A stretch of DNA of 64,000 nucleotides from Algoriphagus sp. (GCF_046296635.1 NZ_JBKBKZ010000018.1:16977-80976), one strand, 5' to 3'; shown: positions 54,096 to 62,180, counted from the stretch's first letter. Program-made: numbers and translations. Notes: generated from the sequence alone by a model not told the origin.

Positions 54096-55010
54096 ATGGA
54101 AAGAAGAGGATTTATCAAACGAATGGGACTTGGAAGTGCCATTTTAGGAAGCGCCGGAGCTATGAGTATTCCTGCATTTGCAGGCGAAAAGGCGCATGAA
54201 CCTACTTTTAAAATGGACTTTGCCCCCCATTTTGGAATGTTTAAAAATTCCGCCCCCGGTGGACTAATTGATGAATTGAAATTCATGGCAGACCAAGGGT
54301 TCCGGTCTTTGGAAGATAATGGCATGCTGAAAAGATCGGTAGCCGAACAAGAATTGATAGGTAAGACATTGAATGATCTCGGGATGCGAATGGGCGTTTT
54401 TGTGATTGATGGAGGGGATAACTGGAAAGTATCTTTGACCACGGGAAAGCAGGAGTTTCTGGATGTTTTCCTAAAAACCTGCCGGGAGTCAGTGGAAGTG
54501 GCCAAACGGGTTGGTGCCAAATGGGCCACGGTGGTTCCTGGATACTTCGAGCGAAATCTACCGATGGGAGTCCAGACTGGTAACGTGATCGAAGCTATGA
54601 AGCGTGCAGCAGATATTATTGAGCCATCGGGTTTGATCATGGTCTTGGAGCCTTTGAGTGATAACCCTGACCTCTTTCTTCGACATGCTGATCAGACGTA
54701 TATGATTTGCAAAGCCGTGGGTAGCCCGAGTTGCAAAATTCTTTACGACATCTATCACATGCAGCGAAACGAGGGGAATCTAATTGCAACGATGGAGAAG
54801 ACTTGGAGTGAGATCGCCTACATTCAGATTGGGGACAATCCAGGTCGAAAAGAGCCGGGAACAGGTGAGATCCATTATGGAAATGTTTGCAAATACCTTC
54901 ATTCCAAAGGGTTTACGGGTGTTTTGGGAATGGAACACGGTAATGCTTTACCGGGAGTTGATGGTGAAAAGGCCCTAATCGAAGCATATAGAAAAGTGGA
55001 TGTAGTATGA
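54096..55010 (+). CDS. Xylose-isomerase-like TIM-barrel protein (sugar phosphate isomerase/epimerase family) with a Tat signal
   Basis: Twin-arginine leader ERRGFIKRMGL...AFA. The body resembles hydroxypyruvate-isomerase-like proteins (LEPL..., GMEHG). Confidence 0.8.
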   Translation: MERRGFIKRMGLGSAILGSAGAMSIPAFAGEKAHEPTFKMDFAPHFGMFKNSAPGGLIDELKFMADQGFRSLEDNGMLKRSVAEQELIGKTLNDLGMRMGVFVIDGGDNWKVSLTTGKQEFLDVFLKTCRESVEVAKRVGAKWATVVPGYFERNLPMGVQTGNVIEAMKRAADIIEPSGLIMVLEPLSDNPDLFLRHADQTYMICKAVGSPSCKILYDIYHMQRNEGNLIATMEKTWSEIAYIQIGDNPGRKEPGTGEIHYGNVCKYLHSKGFTGVLGMEHGNALPGVDGEKALIEAYRKVDVV

Positions 55011-56011
55011 TGATGAAATTTCTTGGGATCATTGGGTTGTTTTTGGCGGGTATGTGTCAAGCTCAGGATCACCACTGGAAAGAATTTGTTACACCTGTGA
55101 AAGCCTCCCTAAGGGGGCTTTCACCCGTTTCGGACCAAGTATGTTGGGCAAGTGGCAGTGGAGGAACATGGCTGCGAACAACCGACGGGGGAAAATCTTG
55201 GGATCATGGCGTGATTGAAGGTCTGGATACAGTTGATTTCCGATCGATACATGCTTTTGATGAAAATATAGCGGTAGCAGCATCAGCTGGGCAGCCTGCG
55301 GTAATTTTCAGAACCGAAAATGGAGGTAAATCTTGGGAAAAAGTTCATCAGGAAGGCCCGTTGGCTTTTTTTGACGGGATGGCTTTTTTTGACGAAGAAA
55401 GAGGGTATGTGATCGGTGATCCGGTTGACGGGTTTTGGATGATTTTAGAGGCGTTAGATGGAGGTAAAAGCTGGAAGTCTTTGGAGAATTTGCCTCTTGC
55501 AGAAGAAGGTGAAGCTGCTTTCGCAGCGAGTGGGTCTTCAATGATAACTACTGAAAACAGCTTGATTTTTGGAACAGGAGGGCTGGTCTCAAACCTTCAT
55601 TTTTATGATTTTACTTCAAAAAATTGGGAAAAGGTAAAAACCCCGATCCTCCAAGGAGAGGCTTCTCAAGGTATTTTTGCCATAGCGGAGTCAGAAAATG
55701 GAATTTTCTGTGTTGGTGGAGATTATACTAAACTTGAATTAAGAGAGAAAAACGCTTTTAAATATTCTGGTAAATCTTTTCAGATTCCTTCCGTAGCTCC
55801 TTTGGGATATCGGTCTGGTTTGACTTATGATTCAGAGACGGGACTTTTTGTTGCCGTAGGGCCATCTGGGTCTGACTATTCTGCAGATATGGGCAATCAT
55901 TGGGCGAACTTTTCCTCAACTGGATATCACACTGTAAAAGCCTCTTATGACGGGAAATCAATCTGGGCATCCGGCAGTGGAGGTAGAGTTGGAATTTTGA
56001 TTCAAAGATAG
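55007..56011 (+). CDS. Secreted BNR/Ycf48-like beta-propeller protein
   Basis: Signal peptide. Repeats TTDGGKSW, TENGGKSW and ALDGGKSW. The start overlaps the upstream stop (ATGA). Confidence 0.75.
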   Translation: MMMKFLGIIGLFLAGMCQAQDHHWKEFVTPVKASLRGLSPVSDQVCWASGSGGTWLRTTDGGKSWDHGVIEGLDTVDFRSIHAFDENIAVAASAGQPAVIFRTENGGKSWEKVHQEGPLAFFDGMAFFDEERGYVIGDPVDGFWMILEALDGGKSWKSLENLPLAEEGEAAFAASGSSMITTENSLIFGTGGLVSNLHFYDFTSKNWEKVKTPILQGEASQGIFAIAESENGIFCVGGDYTKLELREKNAFKYSGKSFQIPSVAPLGYRSGLTYDSETGLFVAVGPSGSDYSADMGNHWANFSSTGYHTVKASYDGKSIWASGSGGRVGILIQR

Positions 56012-56171
56012 AAATTCACGATTTTTTTATAACAGTTGTATTGAATCAAACCATTTTTTTATGAAAATGTAAAGTTTTGGCTTTTTCCCCTTTTTATCCA
56101 GCTTGTCAGTAGTATATTTAAAGGGCAATCTTTTGCATAAATATTTATAATCCTGACGAATTAAAAAGCCC

Positions 56172-56906
56172 ATGTTTGAAATAATACCCTCCATTTGGAT
56201 AATAGATGGTAAATGTGTCCGGTTGAAAAGAGGTGATTTTTCAACTCAAGAAGTTATTTCCAATGATCCCCTCGGAATTGCTCAAACCTTTGAAGGAATT
56301 GGTATCAAACGACTTCATCTAGTGGACCTGGACGGTGCAAGACGAGGTGAGCCTAAAAATTATCATATACTAGAAGCAATAGCAGGGTATACTGACCTTT
56401 TGGTAGATTATACGGGGGGAATTTCTACCGATGGAGATGTTATTAAGTGTTTTGAATTTGGAGCCAGAACTATCACCATTGCTTCCGCAGCCGCAAATCA
56501 TCCCGAGCGCTTTGCTCAGTTTATCCTTTCCTATGGAAGAGAAAAGATAAATCTGGCAGCTGATACAAATCCAGCTGATCATAAAATAAAAATTAAAGGC
56601 TGGCTCAAAAAGACGGAAATCGATCTTTTTGATCATATCGAATTTTTCTATGACCGAGGTTTAAAATACCTCAAATGTTCTGATGTCACTCGTGATGGAG
56701 TGATGGAAGGCCCAAATTTTGAATTGTATAAGGAAATCATGGAAAGGTTTCCTACTATTCATATTGCTGCATCAGGTGGAGTGAGAGGAATAGACGATTT
56801 CAAAAAGCTGCGAGATATGGGGATGAAAGCTGCCGTATTTGGTAGAGCATACTACGAAGGGAAATTAAGTCTGAATGACTTGGAAAAATTTCTTCAAGAA
56901 TCCTGA
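56172..56906 (+). CDS. HisA-like (beta/alpha)8 barrel protein with an atypical active site
   Basis: Resembles ProFAR isomerase along its full length (GKCVRLKRGDF, HLVDLDGA, SDVTRDGVMEGPN, ASGGV, GRAYYEGK), but reads IPSIWIIDG where HisA has IPAIDLxDG. Confidence 0.75.
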   Translation: MFEIIPSIWIIDGKCVRLKRGDFSTQEVISNDPLGIAQTFEGIGIKRLHLVDLDGARRGEPKNYHILEAIAGYTDLLVDYTGGISTDGDVIKCFEFGARTITIASAAANHPERFAQFILSYGREKINLAADTNPADHKIKIKGWLKKTEIDLFDHIEFFYDRGLKYLKCSDVTRDGVMEGPNFELYKEIMERFPTIHIAASGGVRGIDDFKKLRDMGMKAAVFGRAYYEGKLSLNDLEKFLQES

Positions 56907-56910
56907 CAAT

Positions 56911-56939
56911 AAAAAAAGAGGCTTTAAGCCTCTTTTTTA
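56911..56939. terminator. Bidirectional terminator (AAAAAAAGAGGC / GCCTCTTTTTT)
   Basis: GC stem flanked by an A-run and a T-run, between convergent genes. Confidence 0.7.
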
Positions 56940-56957
56940 GTTTCATTATGTTTTCGA

Positions 56958-57320
56958 TTAATCTGCTTTGAATTTATCAACGATGTAAAGAAAAATATTG
57001 AAGGAGAGTGTCGAAGGCGATTCATTTCGTTTTGCCTCTTTCTCGGAAATTATCTCTCCATTGATTGATTCTTTCTTTAAAGTATTAATAGGAGATTTTT
57101 GAGTTACAGTTGTTTTGGAAATAATGGTTTTTTGAGAATTAGTATCCTGAATGACAGTTAGATCCTCTAAAATTACACGGTCATTGTTTTTTGCATTGAC
57201 TTCCAAAACTTTTTCATTTTCTGATTGAGCAGAAGCATCTATTGAAAATAAAGCCATACTCAAAACTGATAAGGTCAGAATAAATGCTTTACCGAAATGA
57301 AATCTTGAAAATTTCAACAT
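56958..57320 (-). CDS. Hypothetical secreted protein
   Basis: ATG at 57320 (MLKFSRFHF...) with a signal peptide ending ASA. No motif recognised. Confidence 0.5.
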   Translation of the reverse strand: MLKFSRFHFGKAFILTLSVLSMALFSIDASAQSENEKVLEVNAKNNDRVILEDLTVIQDTNSQKTIISKTTVTQKSPINTLKKESINGEIISEKEAKRNESPSTLSFNIFLYIVDKFKAD

Positions 57321-57394
57321 TACTTTCAATTAATTAATTGTGAAATAACTCGGGGATTAGAAAAAGGTACCTAAAATTAAGAAAAAAATTGGCT

Positions 57395-57733
57395 ATGCAA
57401 ACGATTGACATGGAAGATTTTTCCAAAATAGATCTGAGGGTTGGTACTATTATTCAGGCTGAAGTATTTGAGAAGGCCCGTAAACCGGCATATAAAATTT
57501 GGATTGACCTCGGATCTGAGATAGGAGTAAAGAAATCCTCTGCTCAAGTGAGGGATTTGTATTTGCCTGAAGATTTGATTGGACGACAGGTACTGTGTGT
57601 TTGCAATTTTGAACCCCGTCAGATTGCTGATTTTATGTCAGAAGTCTTGGTAACAGGCTTTACCTCCAAGGAAGGTGGAATTGTCTTGGCATCAGTAGAA
57701 CGATCAGTTCCTAATGGAGCAAAACTTCATTGA
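57395..57733 (+). CDS. tRNA-binding domain protein (CsaA/EMAP-like)
   Basis: [12 protein letters not shown]...KIWIDLG...SSAQ, typical of the OB-fold tRNA-binding domain. Confidence 0.8.
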   Translation: MQTIDMEDFSKIDLRVGTIIQAEVFEKARKPAYKIWIDLGSEIGVKKSSAQVRDLYLPEDLIGRQVLCVCNFEPRQIADFMSEVLVTGFTSKEGGIVLASVERSVPNGAKLH

Positions 57734-57736
57734 TAT

Positions 57737-58060
57737 TTAGGGTATTGTAATTTTCAATCCTTTTTCTGTCAGTTGACAAGGAATGGTCTGAAGGTCCGAA
57801 CAATCACTTGATCTGCATTGTCCTGTTTTGAGATCGAATCGATATTGATGCAAAGGGCAGATGATCTCCTCACTAAGATTGACACTACCTGAGATTAAGG
57901 ACGCTCCTCGGTGTGGGCAAAATGCATGAAAGCCATAGACTTTATCTCCAACTCTTACGATTCCGATTTCACGATTGCCAAGCATCACTTTTTTAATTCG
58001 TTTTTCAGGCAACATTTCAAAAATGTCTGAAATCGAGTTCCCTAGTTCGTAATCCTTCAT
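57737..58060 (-). CDS. Rieske [2Fe-2S] domain protein (NirD-like small ferredoxin)
   Basis: CPHRGASL and CPLHQYRF cluster ligands. Confidence 0.85.
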   Translation of the reverse strand: MKDYELGNSISDIFEMLPEKRIKKVMLGNREIGIVRVGDKVYGFHAFCPHRGASLISGSVNLSEEIICPLHQYRFDLKTGQCRSSDCSDLQTIPCQLTEKGLKITIP

Positions 58061-58162
58061 AAACCTTTTCTATATTTTGATTTCTTCAAATTGCCAACAA
58101 AAGTTTGGAATTCATTATTTTGGCTCAGCTTTTGAAATTAATTGCAATTAATCCAAATAACT

Positions 58163-58906
58163 ATGACAAAATTCTTGATACTCCCTCTCCTGTTTCTGGC
58201 CGGTTTTGTCAGCGGTCAAAGTCTTGATGGTTCTTGGAAATTGGTAAGCCAAAATGGTAATGAAGTTAAAGACCAAGAGTACATTAAGATTTACCAAGAT
58301 GATTATTTTGCCTTTGGGGTGAAGAATGTCGCTGACAACGCCTTCATCGGTGCAGGTGGAGGGCCTTATAAATTCGAGGATGGGAAATATTCTGAGACGC
58401 TCGATTTTTTTACTTTAAATCCACTTCAGATTGGTACTACTACTCCTTTTAAAATTGAATTAGATGGAAAGAAATTGGTCCTGTCCGCGAATACAAATAA
58501 TGGGATGTTGGTCGAGACTTGGGAAAGAATATCGGATGCGAATGATGATCTTACTGGCAACTGGGTGATCACCGGAAGAAAGCGGGATGATCAAATTTCC
58601 CGTTCGACTCCCGGTGCTCGCAGAACTGTTAAAATTCTGAGCGGGGGCCGATTCCAATGGATTGCATTTAATTCCGAAACCAAGGAATTTTCTGGTACAG
58701 GCGGAGGAACATATTCCGCTGTAAATGGAAAGTATATCGAAAATATCACCTTCTTTTCAAGGGATAATAGCCGCGTAGGCGCTAGTCTTGGGTTTGATTT
58801 TGAGGTGATCGATGGAGAATGGCACCACAGTGGCTTAAGTTCGACTGGTGCTCCGATCTATGAGATCTGGACGCCCTACGCCATAGGTTACAAGCCGGCG
58901 AATTAA
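58163..58906 (+). CDS. Hypothetical secreted protein with an internal duplication (lipocalin-like?)
   Basis: Signal peptide from the ATG at 58163. Two related halves (GSWKLVS...GAGGGPYKFEDGKYSETLDFFT and GNWVITG...GTGGGTYSAVNGKYIENITFFS). Confidence 0.6.
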   Translation: MTKFLILPLLFLAGFVSGQSLDGSWKLVSQNGNEVKDQEYIKIYQDDYFAFGVKNVADNAFIGAGGGPYKFEDGKYSETLDFFTLNPLQIGTTTPFKIELDGKKLVLSANTNNGMLVETWERISDANDDLTGNWVITGRKRDDQISRSTPGARRTVKILSGGRFQWIAFNSETKEFSGTGGGTYSAVNGKYIENITFFSRDNSRVGASLGFDFEVIDGEWHHSGLSSTGAPIYEIWTPYAIGYKPAN

Positions 58907-58937
58907 GTAATATCTAATTGTACGCTCTTTAAAAATT

Positions 58938-59188
58938 TCCCGCAGATTAACGCAGAAAAATTCGCAGATTATCACAGATTTTTTTCGATTATAATGTGAT
59001 AGAATCTTATAGATATTTAAGTGAAGCGCATACTCTGTGGCCTCAAAAAAGGTATAAAGTGCACTGATTGAATGAAGTTCTTTTTACTCGCTGACTTCAC
59101 GAAACTTTTCTCTCAGAGAACTCTGTGGTAAAAATTTTTCCTTTGCGAGAACATTTGCGTTCGAGGCGCTTTGCGGTTAAAAAAAAGT
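58938..59188. repeat. Intergenic repeat cluster (CGCAGATTA units, ACTCTGTGG units, inverted copy of the 1404-1423 motif)
   Basis: CGCAGATTA occurs twice within about 30 nt and ACTCTGTGG twice. CTTTGCGGTTAAAAAAAAGT (59169-59188) is the exact reverse complement of 1404-1423. Confidence 0.6.
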
Positions 59189-59244
59189 AAATCAGCGATT
59201 TCCCTACTCAATGTGACAAGCAGCATTATGGAATAGTCCTTCTT

Positions 59245-60390
59245 TTATGCTTCCACTGTATAAAGCTCCTTTAGCTTTCCGACAGCAAAATCAACTTCCT
59301 CTACGGTATTAAACCTACTGAAAGAGAACCTTACTGAATCGCGCTCAGGATTATGATTCAGCGCTCTCAGCACATGGGATCCCACTGTAGCACCCGAACT
59401 GCAAGCGGATCCACCGGAGGCTGAGATTCCTTCCAAATCCAAATTGAAGAGGAGCATACCGCGGTTCGAATCTGAAGGAGGTAGACTGACATTCAAGACA
59501 GTGTACAAGCTATTGGCTAAATCTTCAGAAAGTCCATTGAATTCCACGCCAGGGATTTCCTGATACAGTTTTTCAATAAAATGCTTTTTGATTCTTTCAA
59601 TTTGAGTTCGGTGTCCGGCCATATCTTCATATGCGAGTTCCAAAGCTTTTGCGATTCCGATGATTCCGATTACATTCTCCGTTCCACCTCGCATATTTCG
59701 CTCTTGTGCACCACCATGGATGAATGGGTGGATTTTTTTGTCTTTTCTTACAAAAAGAAAACCTGATCCTTTAGGTCCATGAAATTTGTGACCTCCGGCT
59801 ACTATGGCGTCGACAGGAAGGTTTTTCAGATCGTGAACAAAATGCCCAACTGTCTGAACCGTATCAGAATGAAAAAAAGCACCGTATTCTTTAGTCAATC
59901 CTCCGATTCTTTCCAGATCATTCAGGTTTCCGATTTCATTGTTGGCATGCATCAGAGAAACCAGAGTTTTGGGATTTGTCTCTAGCAATTCTTCCAGTTG
60001 ACTCAGCTCAATTTCCCCTTTGTCATTGACATCAAGTAGACTAAGTTTTACAACTCCTTTTTTTGCCAAGACTTCCAAGGTATGAAGGACTGCATGGTGC
60101 TCGATCGGTGAAGTGATGGCGTGAGTGATTCCATGACTTTCGATTCCACATACCAAGGCTGTGTTATCTGCTTCTGTTCCTCCTGAGGTAAAAAAAATCT
60201 CCGAAGGACTGGCATTGAGTAGCTCCGCCACCTTTTTTCTGGATTTCTCAATGGCACTCCTCACTTCCCGACCATGACTGTGGACCGAGGAAGGATTGCC
60301 ATAATGAGATCTCATAAAAGGAAGCATAGATTCGATCACCCGATCGTCCATTGCTGTGGTAGCGGCATTATCAAAATAAACTTTCATCAT
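59245..60390 (-). CDS. Cysteine desulfurase (class V aminotransferase, NifS/IscS type)
   Basis: MMKVYFDNAATT, the PLP-Lys region (GHKFHGPKG) and the catalytic loop SGGSACSSG. Confidence 0.9.
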   Translation of the reverse strand: MMKVYFDNAATTAMDDRVIESMLPFMRSHYGNPSSVHSHGREVRSAIEKSRKKVAELLNASPSEIFFTSGGTEADNTALVCGIESHGITHAITSPIEHHAVLHTLEVLAKKGVVKLSLLDVNDKGEIELSQLEELLETNPKTLVSLMHANNEIGNLNDLERIGGLTKEYGAFFHSDTVQTVGHFVHDLKNLPVDAIVAGGHKFHGPKGSGFLFVRKDKKIHPFIHGGAQERNMRGGTENVIGIIGIAKALELAYEDMAGHRTQIERIKKHFIEKLYQEIPGVEFNGLSEDLANSLYTVLNVSLPPSDSNRGMLLFNLDLEGISASGGSACSSGATVGSHVLRALNHNPERDSVRFSFSRFNTVEEVDFAVGKLKELYTVEA

Positions 60391-60419
60391 ACTTGGGCTG
60401 GGGTGATAAATTTTGAAGG

Positions 60420-61814
60420 TTAAATCAAGGAAGCACTAACCACTTCTTTGATGTCCTGCATGATTTTCTTTGCCAAATGCTCGGCTGTCGCTTCCGATTC
60501 TGACTCAGAGTAAATTCTAATTATCGGTTCAGTATTGGATTTCCTCAAGTGAACCCACTCTTTTTCAAAGTCGATTTTCACTCCATCGATATCATTGATC
60601 GGGTGTTTTTTGTATTTATCCTTAATTTCCATAAGGATCTTATCTACATTGATCTGAGGAGTGAGTTCAATTTTGTTTTTTGAAATATGGTAGTTGGGAT
60701 AGGTCGCTCTCAACATGGAGATTGACTTACCGAAGTTTGCCAAGTGAGTCAGAAATAACGCCACACCAACTAGAGCATCGCGTCCATTGTGAGAAGCGGG
60801 ATAGATGATTCCCCCGTTTCCTTCTCCACCAATGACTGCATTCACAGCTTTCATTTGATTGACGACATTCACTTCGCCCACAGCAGCAGCGGTGTATTTC
60901 CCACCTCTTTTCTCTGTCACATCACGAAGGGCTCGAGTGGAAGAAAGGTTTGAAACTGTATTTCCCGGAGTTTTGCTCAAAACATAATCAGCAACTGCCA
61001 CAAGTGTATATTCTTCACCAAACATAGACCCGTCCTCGTTGACAAAGGCCAAACGATCCACATCCGGATCAACTACGATTCCAAGGTCAAAACTTCCCTT
61101 TTCCAATTTTTTGGAGATATCGCGAAGGTTTTCAGGTAGCGGTTCAGGATTGTGAGGGAAATGTCCATCAGGAGTACAGTACATTTCTTCGATCTCGGTG
61201 ACACCCAATGCTCGTAGCAATTTTGGAATGGCAATTCCACCTGTTGAGTTGACACCATCCACCACAATTTTAAAATTCCTGGCTTTGATAGCTTTAACAT
61301 CCACTAATTCCAGATCCAACACATGCTGAATGTGACGGTCTATGTAATCGTCAATTTGAGTATAGCTTCCGAGTTTTTTAACCTCTGCAAATGAGAAAGA
61401 CTCATTGTCAGCTTTTTCCAAAATGGTTTTACCTTCCTCGTCAGAGATAAATTCCCCTTCTGAATTGAGAAGTTTCAAAGCATTCCACTGCATCGGATTA
61501 TGACTTGCAGTCAGGATTATTCCTCCTCCGGCATTTTCCCAAGGAACTGCAAGTTCAACTGTCGGTGTGGTGCTAAGGCCAAGATCAATAACATGAATAC
61601 CCATACCCTGAAGGGTGGCTGAAACCAATCGGGAAATCATGTCTCCAGAAATTCTTGCGTCCCTACCGATGACAACTTTTGGGTTGCTGGTTTTTTCGAT
61701 TACCCAAGCACCATAAGCTGCTGTAAATTTTACAACGTCAACAGGAGTGAGACCTTCTCCGGCTTTACCTCCGATGGTTCCTCTTATTCCTGATATAGAT
61801 TTGATAAGCGACAC
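60420..61814 (-). CDS. glmM: Phosphoglucosamine mutase / phosphohexomutase
   Basis: GIRGTIGG, the active-site TASHNP and DPDVDR metal-loop motifs. The apparent start is GTG. Confidence 0.8.
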   Translation of the reverse strand: MSLIKSISGIRGTIGGKAGEGLTPVDVVKFTAAYGAWVIEKTSNPKVVIGRDARISGDMISRLVSATLQGMGIHVIDLGLSTTPTVELAVPWENAGGGIILTASHNPMQWNALKLLNSEGEFISDEEGKTILEKADNESFSFAEVKKLGSYTQIDDYIDRHIQHVLDLELVDVKAIKARNFKIVVDGVNSTGGIAIPKLLRALGVTEIEEMYCTPDGHFPHNPEPLPENLRDISKKLEKGSFDLGIVVDPDVDRLAFVNEDGSMFGEEYTLVAVADYVLSKTPGNTVSNLSSTRALRDVTEKRGGKYTAAAVGEVNVVNQMKAVNAVIGGEGNGGIIYPASHNGRDALVGVALFLTHLANFGKSISMLRATYPNYHISKNKIELTPQINVDKILMEIKDKYKKHPINDIDGVKIDFEKEWVHLRKSNTEPIIRIYSESESEATAEHLAKKIMQDIKEVVSASLI

Positions 61815-61878
61815 AGTAGTTTGTTATTTTAATTAAAAGTGAATAGCTAAAAAATCCCGTTTGCGACAGGATCAGATT

Positions 61879-62109
61879 TTATTTGAATTTGGCCATAACC
61901 TTGTCTACCTCATTGTCAGGATTGCCACAGGCACTGTTGGAATCCACTGTTTTGCCACAGTAGCCACAAGTTCCTCCGTCTTTATTGAGGTAGGGATTTT
62001 GGGAAGCACATGTACCTTTGAACTCACCGTTTTTGAGGAAAATTAGTCTCACAGACATCAGAATGAAGAATAATGCCACAAAGCCTACGGTGATGAATAC
62101 TGTTGTCAT
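61879..62109 (-). CDS. Small Cys-rich single-pass membrane protein (possibly NqrM/DUF539-like)
   Basis: 76 aa: an N-terminal TM helix, then GTCASQ...GGTCGYCG...SACG. The family guess is weak. Confidence 0.5.
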   Translation of the reverse strand: MTTVFITVGFVALFFILMSVRLIFLKNGEFKGTCASQNPYLNKDGGTCGYCGKTVDSNSACGNPDNEVDKVMAKFK

Positions 62110-62115
62110 AACGGA

Positions 62116-62132
62116 TAAATTTGCGCAAATTT
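62116..62132. promoter_or_regulatory. Palindromic pair of -7 boxes (TAAATTTGCGCAAATTTA)
   Basis: TAAATTTG on the plus strand (62116-62123) and the same octamer on the minus strand, within the palindrome AAATTTGCGCAAATTT. It lies between divergent genes. Confidence 0.45.
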
Positions 62133-62180
62133 AGAGCTTTACTTCGAAACGTTCACAATTCCAGCTTAGTTTCCCAAGAC

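Noticed and set aside
52578-54640. Long antisense ORFs in the track: 52578-53186, 53280-53663, 53664-54062 and 54053-54640 on the minus strand.
   Set aside because: They lie entirely opposite strongly supported plus-strand genes (FGE-like, Gfo/Idh/MocA, TIM barrel). Their translations are low-complexity or Cys/Ser/Arg-rich with no motifs. They are shadow ORFs.
59461-59475. GGTTCGAATC, a tRNA T-arm-like string.
   Set aside because: It lies inside the cysteine desulfurase CDS, and the flanking sequence has no acceptor, D or anticodon arms. I found no tRNA in the window.
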